Assembly: GCA_964387845.1 (NCBI GenBank)
Contig: CAYLXA010000006.1
Location: 96,001-160,000 of the forward strand
Length of the DNA: 64,000 nt
Source of the DNA: an uncultured bacterium
Lineage (GTDB): Bacteria; Omnitrophota; Omnitrophia; Omnitrophales; Abzuiibacteriaceae
Direction of reading: 5' to 3'
The notes under the pieces: model-generated
The model's input: the letters and a program-made list of their open reading frames with translations, nothing else
Told to the model about the DNA's origin: nothing
Databases searched by the model: none
Position numbers and translations under genes: made by a program
Shown here: positions 12,001 to 21,000 of the stretch, in pieces
Layout of the letters: each line of letters opens with the position of its first letter
How positions within the stretch are numbered: the stretch's first letter is position 1

Positions 12001-15000
12001 AACGGGGAAGACGCGGACCGAAACCAAATCGAGCGTTTTTATGAACTCATGGGCCGCGTGTCATCTTTTGCGAAATTTACATCACTGCAATTTGATCAAA
12101 AAATAAAAGTCAATTTGGAAGTCATCGATGCGCTGAAGCGCTATTATGGCCAGTCTGCTTCTGATTCCAGCCAGGCAATGATCGACGGCGTCATTGATTT
12201 GTTATCCGTCCTTAAGATTGAGCCGGTTGAGCTGGCCGGAATGCAAGCTGAGAATTATTATCAACTCCGCGAAATGATGTACCTCATGGCAAAGATTTCT
12301 GAATACCGCAGAAACCGCGAGATGGCAAATGACGGCCCCGTTCCGCAAGCCTATGTTGAAGATATGAAAAGGGAATATAGGTCTGTTTTTGTTGAAAGTA
12401 TGCTGCCGGGATTTGCGCAGAAAATAGTGCCGGCCAAACACGGAAAATTGGAAAACTGGATCGGTGATTTTGAAAGCATTATCCGTGAATTGGCTGATTA
12501 TCCCATAGAGCTTGAGAGCAGCGATGCAATTTCTCAATATAATTTTGCGCGATTCCTGAAAAATCTAGAAGAGGAAGGCATTGTGCTTGATGACGCGTCA
12601 GTTAAAATTTACGAGCGGGTGTTCAAGCAGTACCAGCTCATGGGCCTCGCAAGCTGGTGGCTTGATCAGAAGCTTCCTGAGGCCGAGGAGCAATTTACGC
12701 TTTCTGAAATTAAAGAAAGGATTCAGAGAAAGAAGCTTGTCTGGGCTCTGAATGAGAAATACTGGAATTCAGAAAGTTTGCACATGCCAGTAACTGCGGA
12801 CGAGATATCATTCTTGGCCGATTTAGAGCTTTACGAAGACGAGTATGAACACTTTTTTAGAATGAGTGCCCTTTTCCAGAACTGGGCATCAGCTCACTTG
12901 GGCCGCCATCTTTTCTTTGATGAAATTATCTACTTCTATTTTGCTCCCGGTAAATATTTCGGTGACCTGGTCATGCCATTCCGCGGCGGCTTGTCTCGGC
13001 TTTTAACTTGGGGCCAGGACCCCGATTTGCTCTCCAGGTTTAGAGCGAAACATTTATTTGAAAATGTTTTAACCGGACCCGAACAAGCGCTTTATCAAGT
13101 GGCCATGAATCGAGAGAATGAAGAAAGGCGCTTTATTTTGTGGCATGGACAGAAACAGTTGCTAAGAGTGATTGGGCTGGGCCCGGATTATGAAGATTAC
13201 TGGTATGACATTCTGCATGAAAAGCAAACGCTGGGCGAATATGCAAGCGAGAAATATCTTAAAGAGTTGTTGGTAATGGGGCGTGTTCTGAGCGAGGGTG
13301 TTCGATGGCTTGCACTCGGCAATCACTTTTCATATGACGACAACATGCTGACTGATGAATTTAAGCGGAATCAATACATCATTTTAAGGCTGCTGACACG
13401 CCGCGAATACCGCATATTGACTTCAGATGAAGAGAAAATGAGCATCAAAAAGTTGATTGAGTATACGCGCGATCAAACCAAAAACAAGAAAGTCGAAATT
13501 GAAAATCCTTCGGAATGGGTTGAATCGCTAAAGGAATTAGCCCGAGCCCATAATCGTGTTATTGAAACCGAGCAAGAGCTTAAAGAAATCATTAAAAGTA
13601 TTTTATGGGATGCGGAAACGATTATCGACGAAGCTGATCGCGAATACGATGTGAAGCTTGATCAGGATTCTGTCCTGAAAGTAATCATGGAGCAGCGCAT
13701 CAACGGAGAGCTGCATCAAATCACCAAAGCAGAAGAAATGATTACAAAACATTTCGCCAATTCAGTTATTGGCAGGAATTCGATCGAATTGAGCAATGAA
13801 GAAAATCAGATGCCTGTCTCTGTATTGATTGAAAAATGGCTCAACGATTATGAACTTCAAAATACGCCGATTGCAGGCCTGAAAGACCGCTGGATATTGG
13901 CTGCCAATGACAGATCGTTGGATTATGTTTCGATTAAGACGATCTTTTCAGACCTTAAAACAATGCAGGACGCTTGGCGTAATGCGCCGCTGTTTAGGCC
14001 GATGGATTTAATCGAGTCATTAAAACTTGTGAATAAAGTCCGGCGCTTTGGTTTGGATAATATCGGCATTGTGGAGCCTGAAATATTAACGCCCGTTCAA
14101 AGAACGGAAAAATATAAGAAGAATAAGAAATTGTTTTTAGGAATGATCGGAAGCGATTTGATCGCGGATTCAACACAGCAAATCGCCATTCTTTTCAACC
14201 AGCAAACTAAAAACTGGAGCATTCAAAAAACAATTGACGATCTTGAGAAAGACAAATCAATTGAAACAAAACAAGAAAGCTTCCGCTTGATCCATGGTGC
14301 CGCCGTTGTATTGGTCCTGTCTCTTATTTTAGTAACCATTCGGGCGCATTATTTGAAATGGAGACAAATGCAGTCGGCTAAGAAGGCAGGGCTGCCGACA
14401 CCGCAAACGCCGTATCGCCAGGGTTTGTTCAAGAAAGTGAGCGAATCGGTTAAAGGGTTTTCGCCTTTGACTTGGGTCAATATTATTTATTTTGCCTCGG
14501 TGTTGCTGATCGCCGGCTCTATGTCGTGGGCTTACTTTGTTGCGCACGCTTGGGCAATTTCACATTCAACGTTTTCGACTTTGATGGTCATTATGTTTTC
14601 TTATTTGAGTTTAACCAACGCTCACATCTTGGTTGATCGTCTGATTACGCTCCCAAAATTCAGGGACCGATTATTTAGAAAGCAGCCTGTGGATGATGTA
14701 AAAACACCTAATTTTAAAGATGCTTTCCGTGCAGGAAATTTTCCTCCCGGGCATCAGGCGGTTGTTGCCATTATCACTCAAGCCAAAGGGAACACTTTTG
14801 GGAAGCTTGATCAAAGAACCGGCGAGTTGAAAGGGCAAGTGATTGAAAATTTAATGGTCTCATTAAAGAATAATCCCGGCGTGCCCGGTGTCATTATTCA
14901 GGCCGGACAGGATTTGGATGATGTAGAAACGAACCGGCAAATCCGCATGATCGAGGCGCTTGAGAAGGCGTTAGGAACGCGCGTTTATTATTTCAGGCGC

Positions 15001-18000
15001 AATAATTTATTTTCGGCAGGTGATATCAATCTTGAGAAGAAATTCGGTGCTTTCCAGGAATATATGCGATTTGTCGGTGACGGAGCTATGTTTGCCGAGA
15101 ATGAAACCGATCAATATCCGGGCCGTCACTTTGGCTTGGATGTTACGAAGAATGTGAGTTGGGTTGCGGGTTGGACAGTTTTAGCAGCAACGCTTTTCAA
15201 TGCATTAATTCCCGGGCTGTTATTGAATCCTCTTGGGCTTGTCGTTGGCATTCTGGGAATTTCTCTTGGCGTTGGGTATCTTTGGACTTTGTGGAAATAT
15301 GGGCAAGCGAAGCGAATCTCAATTAAGACCATTGTCGGAAAGAATGAGCTCTCGGCGTTGACGCGTTCAACCCTTCCATATTATGACGTCATCTACGGCG
15401 ACTTAGGAGCGATCGGTTTTGTCGATATGGAAAGCGGACAATCTCTCCAAGGAAGCAGGACTTGGCGTGCGGACGAGGCATATTGGCAAAAAATAAAATT
15501 AGACACTGAACACCCGAACAAAATTTGGCTTTCATTTATCTTGGACGACAAAAACAAAGTTGGCATGAACTCTACCAACGAAGACACGGAGGGTCTGACA
15601 GAGGCGGATCGATGGCTGCGAGACCGAATGAAAGTTGAGAACCCTCTTGAGCGGCGCGAACAAAATGCCTATTACGAAGCAGTTCGAAAAGCAGCGGAAA
15701 CGATGTATCGCGAAAGTTGGGCAGCCATGGGGCAGCCCGTTTATGAAATTGGCAACCCGAATGCCAGCATGTTTTCGGAGATGCTTTCAATTGCTGCCCG
15801 AGTCGGTGAATTTTATGCGGGCGCGCAGAAAATATTCGGCCGCGGACGGGCGAATTTTACCGGCAAAGGGCCCGTTGTCGTGGACAGGTGGCTGCATGGA
15901 ACGCGTGAACGCCATCAGAAAATCATGTGGGGTTTCGGCTTGGGCAGTATCGGCGGTGTTTTGGTGGGTGCGCTGATTTCGTCTTTGCTCTTTGGTGTTG
16001 GGAATATCGGCTTCGGAATGCTAATTGGATATTTCTTGGGCGGAGCAATCCTCGGGAATTTTGAAATGCGGTACGGAACCGCATACGGCGTTATTTATTA
16101 CGGAGAACTTTCACATGATTATGCGGAAGGCGGCAGTGTGGGTGCGGCCTATCTCAGCAATGTCGGAATCACGGAAGATGCAACAACGGATTTGGCTAAA
16201 GAGAACGAGCGCGGCCCAACGCGCTGGTTCCAAGGCGTTATCCCGTACTGGCGTCATCAATTTGGCCCGGGCTACACACTCATTGATCGTTGGATGATGT
16301 TTCTGGCGGAGAAAATGTATTTAAATGATACGTTGTTCCTATTTTGGTTAATAGGCGGATTTGTCGGGATTACGTTTTCCGGTTTGGCTGACACTTTCTA
16401 TCCAGTGGCGCGTCTTCAAGAATATTCAGAACCTCTTTATGCAATGGGGTTGTATATATTGAACATGTTGGTCATCATAGGTTTTGCTAACTTTGTTGGA
16501 GCTTTTTGGAAGAGCGCCGATAACGCAGGCGTCGCTACTTCTAAGGAGAGGTTCCAGGCAATTGCTCGTTCCACGATGATTTATCTCAACAAACCCTTTA
16601 TCACGACCGCATACGCAATTCCGAACTTGTTCCGCGTATTAGTCGGCGGCGAACATCCGAGAGCGCGCGATTGGGCTCCGGAGCACAAGCTTAGGGCATT
16701 GGTTTTTGGATCACTTATTGGGGCAATTAATTTACTCTTACTTGCCAACCTTTTTGTCGGCTGGGTGTCGATTTCGTGGATGGTGCCGGCGGCAGTTTTT
16801 GTGGCTTCATTTTATGCGATTCATCGTTTGGCGGGGCGGTATATTCCGGTAGCCCGAATTTTTGCGGAACTTTTATATTTAACTCTCAAATTTTCTCTAT
16901 TTGCTATTCCAATCGTGGTTTTATCGGCCTATTCGTATATAAATGAACCTTTAGTGGCTTTTCTCGAGAAATTCTCGTTCATCAGCTTTATCAGCGCACC
17001 TATCCAGGCGCTCTTGATTCAAATTTTCGGAACTATCATTTTAGAGGCCAAAGCATTGAAATGGATTCGTGAACTTGAAGAAATTTTAAAAGAACCGCTG
17101 CCTTGGAGAGGGTTTACGCTGGTCGCCGGGTCGAAGGGGCCTTTGAAAATGTATGAATCGGCTGTGATGGTAAAGTGGTCGTTGATTACTACCGTTGCGG
17201 TGATTTTATCCCACGTAGTCATCACCTCTAACTTTTGGGTTATTTCAGGATGGGGAATTCCTCTCTTCGTGTCCTGGTCAATTGGGTGGTTTTATGTTTG
17301 GTATACCTCAAAAATGATGCCTGATTTTGTTCGTGAAACAAAAACAGATAAATCCGGAGAAGTCATTAAAGATGCTCAAGGTAAAGCCAAACTATTCCCG
17401 CGGCTATGGAAATCTATACCGAAACTGGCCATCGCCGAACTTGTAAAGACTTCGAAGAATAAAGAAGATAAGGAGATAATCAGAATCGGAGATGTGCAGA
17501 TTAAAATGGAAGACATTCGATGGAGGACGGTCCCGACCATTCTCTTTCTTTATACGAAAGAAGCCCTGTCTCTTAGCAGTATGAAGCAAAATTTGAATCC
17601 AAGTGTTCTTTGGAAGAAAATTAAATCTGCGCCTGCGCGGGCAGACCATTGGGCAAATGGTCTTTTTATGCTCGGAGTGGTGTTCGGCACTTTCCTATTT
17701 TTGGGTGTTGTGATCGGCACTCCGCTTTATTTATGGTTCGGGACCGGTCACTTATTTTTACCAACCGCATCGTTCTGGTCGAAGGTCGGAATCGTTTGGC
17801 AGTATTACATCGGAGCCGTAGTTGCCGCTCTGGTGTTGCCGGGCGTGTTTGGCCATTTATTTGCATTGACCGTATTTCCGCTGGTTTGGATCAATCGCCA
17901 ACTTGTCTTAATTAAAACGTTCTTCACGAAGGTTGTTGATACCAAGGGGCCTAATTTTAAAAAGGGCCATGACGACAAAGGATCGCCCGAAAGTATTCAA

Positions 18001-21000
18001 GAAGGCGTGCAAAATGTTCAACTCGAAGTTGCTAACTTTATTTCTCAAATTTCAAACCGCAAGATTTCAGGATTTGCCGATGAAGTGATGAGAGAAAAAG
18101 ATCCGGTCAAAATATTCGACATGTTCTTCAATCTGGATGCTTTTAAAATATGGAAATTTAGGATCGGCGGCAGTCTTTTCAGGTGGATTCATCAAGTAAA
18201 AATGAAGCGAGAAGCTTGGCGGATGAGTCAGCGTCCAGACGATTATATGTCGGTTGCACAACATCAGAACGAGATGTTTATTGCCTTAAAGGCGCTTTTT
18301 GAAGGCCGTACAGATTTTCTGAATCAAAAGACTTTTGATAAACAGGCTTTAGATTCCGCGCTCTTGAAGCGGCTACAAGAAAGCGTGGACAGTTTGAGCG
18401 AGAGAGAAAAAACATTGCTTGCCTTGACGGTTGTGCTCAAAGATTTTGGTAAAATCGCGACTGCAGGCCCCCTGGACCCTGTTGCAGGTTCGAATATCGT
18501 AGAAAAATTGCTGACAAAGCTCCAATTTGATCCGAAAGATGTCCACTTTATCAAGCAGCTTATTCTCAGAAACCGCGAGCTTGGGTCATTGCATTGGGGT
18601 GAAAAAGACCCGCTCAAGATTTTATCCGGTTTGGAAGTTGAAAAAACAGAGCTATTTCTAAAACTGCTGACCATTATTTATGTGGTGGATGTTTCGGCGG
18701 TAGGCACGGGAAAGCTAACCTCCACACATTTAAGTAATGCATTATTTATGCAGGATCAAAGCAACCTTTATTCCTTTGCTTTGACCTGGCCCGAGTTTCG
18801 CGCGGCAAGTTTTTATAGTAAAGCCGCAGGGCAGGTATTGGATTTAAACCAGCCGCAGTTTACCAATCATATAGATCCGGTTTTGTTGCAGGAAATCAAA
18901 GAGAGCGGCGGAAATTATGATTTCCGGGAATTTATGTATAACGTTACATTTCAAAGAGCGATCAATATTTTCCGCTATTTTGTCCGGAACGGACACCCCG
19001 AAAATGTCACCAAACTTTTATATATCTTTTTCAGGCTGTATCAAATTACCGGTATGAAATACATCGGAATTTTGGATGACAGCGAGCCGGTAGCCGAAGC
19101 TTTGGATAAAAAACTGTCCTCGATTTCATGGGAGGAGCTCCGGTTTGCTCGTGTTGAAGCCCCGTCTGTTGAAGTGAAATTGCAGAAAGAAACGGAGTGG
19201 GATACGACGCGGGATACTGTCTATGCTATCGAAAAGAGCACGGTGGTGGTAAGAAAGAAAACAAATTTAGATACCGTAGAAACCGTTCTGAGCCTGCCTT
19301 TTCAATATACGGATGACCACCAGCAAGTTCTTATTAACGCAGATCCGGACCCGTCCCCCCGCTCAGAGCTTCGCCAAATTAAAATCGGTGATTTGACATG
19401 GCTTTCTTCTATCAGTGAGTTTCAGAAACTCAAGGCTACAAACCCAGCTCGCGCAGCTCATATGGCAGAAGTGGTTCGATATTTTAAAGCATTTTCCGAA
19501 GGTGATTTTGCCTATTTTGCGGAAAGGCTGCAAGATCGTGCTGCAACTCAGCCGGACAAAATTGCAAGGTTTGAAACAAAGATGAGTGATCTCAAGAAGA
19601 AATTCGATAGTTTGAACGATGACCAGCGTTTGGCGCTGTGGCTTGCGGTCAATCTACACGATATCGGCTATTTAACCGGCGGAAGCAAAGACGAGAGCAC
19701 GCGAGGTTCCGTCTTGGCTGAAGAAATTTTGACACGGGAAGGCGTAAAGGAATCTGTAGTTGACCTTGCAAGCCGGATCGTGCTCGCGCATGAACTGTTG
19801 GGCAATGTGGTGGTCGGAGAGCGCGCACCGCAATCGGCCTGGCCCAGCATCGCGCCGTTATTTGATTTTCTGCAAATCCACACGGTGGTTGATGTGGCTG
19901 GTTATGGGTTGATGACTACTTATGTGTTGGATTGGTTTTTGGAAGTCAAAGACAAGTTAGAGCAGATTGCACAGACTTTTGATCAATATAGGTTGGAACG
20001 TTTGGTCAAGCCGGCTCCTAATGCTGATGCTATTAGTGCAGATGCTCTGGAGCATTTAAACGATGCTATCCGAAAAATTTTTGGAGATGAAGAAGAGATT
20101 TTGCGTTCTGTGCTGCGAAGCCGAGTTGAATTTTTAAGCCGCTCCAGCACCATTGCCCGCAAATTGGCTGCAATAGATCCTTCATATGAAGGTTATGCCA
20201 AATTTATGCGCATGGCCGGGCATCTCGCTCTCTTGGCGGGTGAGGACGCCAGCATTTCTGTTTTCAGCGATTTAGATCGGTTTGATGGCCGGCCCACTTC
20301 TAAAAAGGATATGGATCAGGCGTTGGAAGCTATCGCTCAGCGCATATTAGAATTGCCAAACACGATCAGTATTACGGATGCACGGTATCATTTGGAAGAG
20401 TCGGGTTGGAGGAGTTATTTTGAAGTTCCAATTATGCGTAAAGAGAATCAGATTACAATTTCAACGGTCAAATCGCACAAACCTCTTCTTGTATCGGAGA
20501 GCGATCTTTCAAATATCAGCGCGAATCAACTTCCGGTTCGCGATGCATGGGGAGTTGAAGCGAGAATTTTTAAAGACGAGTCTGGTGAGCATGGCGAAAA
20601 GGGAAAGTGGTATTTAAAAGTTGAAAACCTTTCTGATCGAGAACAATATCCTTGGGTTAAGTTTCCGTTTGAAATTTTTAAAGAGTTATACACGCCATTT
20701 TTTATAAAGGATGTTTCAAAAAGCCAAGCGCGATCCGGCTACGATATTTTATTTAATGCTAAAGGCCAGAATGGCAAGCCGGGAAATATCAATCCCGAAA
20801 CGGGTGAAATAGTCTTTCATTTAAGATCGTATCAACACCACCTGTTTGATCTCAGCACGATCAGCGTCATTGAAGATCGAGAGGTGCAAGATCAGGAAGG
20901 TGCGGTGAGTATTCATCGCATTATCCCGTCACAATTTTTTGAGCTTGGGCGTTCAGAGCTTCGGATTGCGGAAAATCGGGCGAGTGCTGCACCGGCCGGA

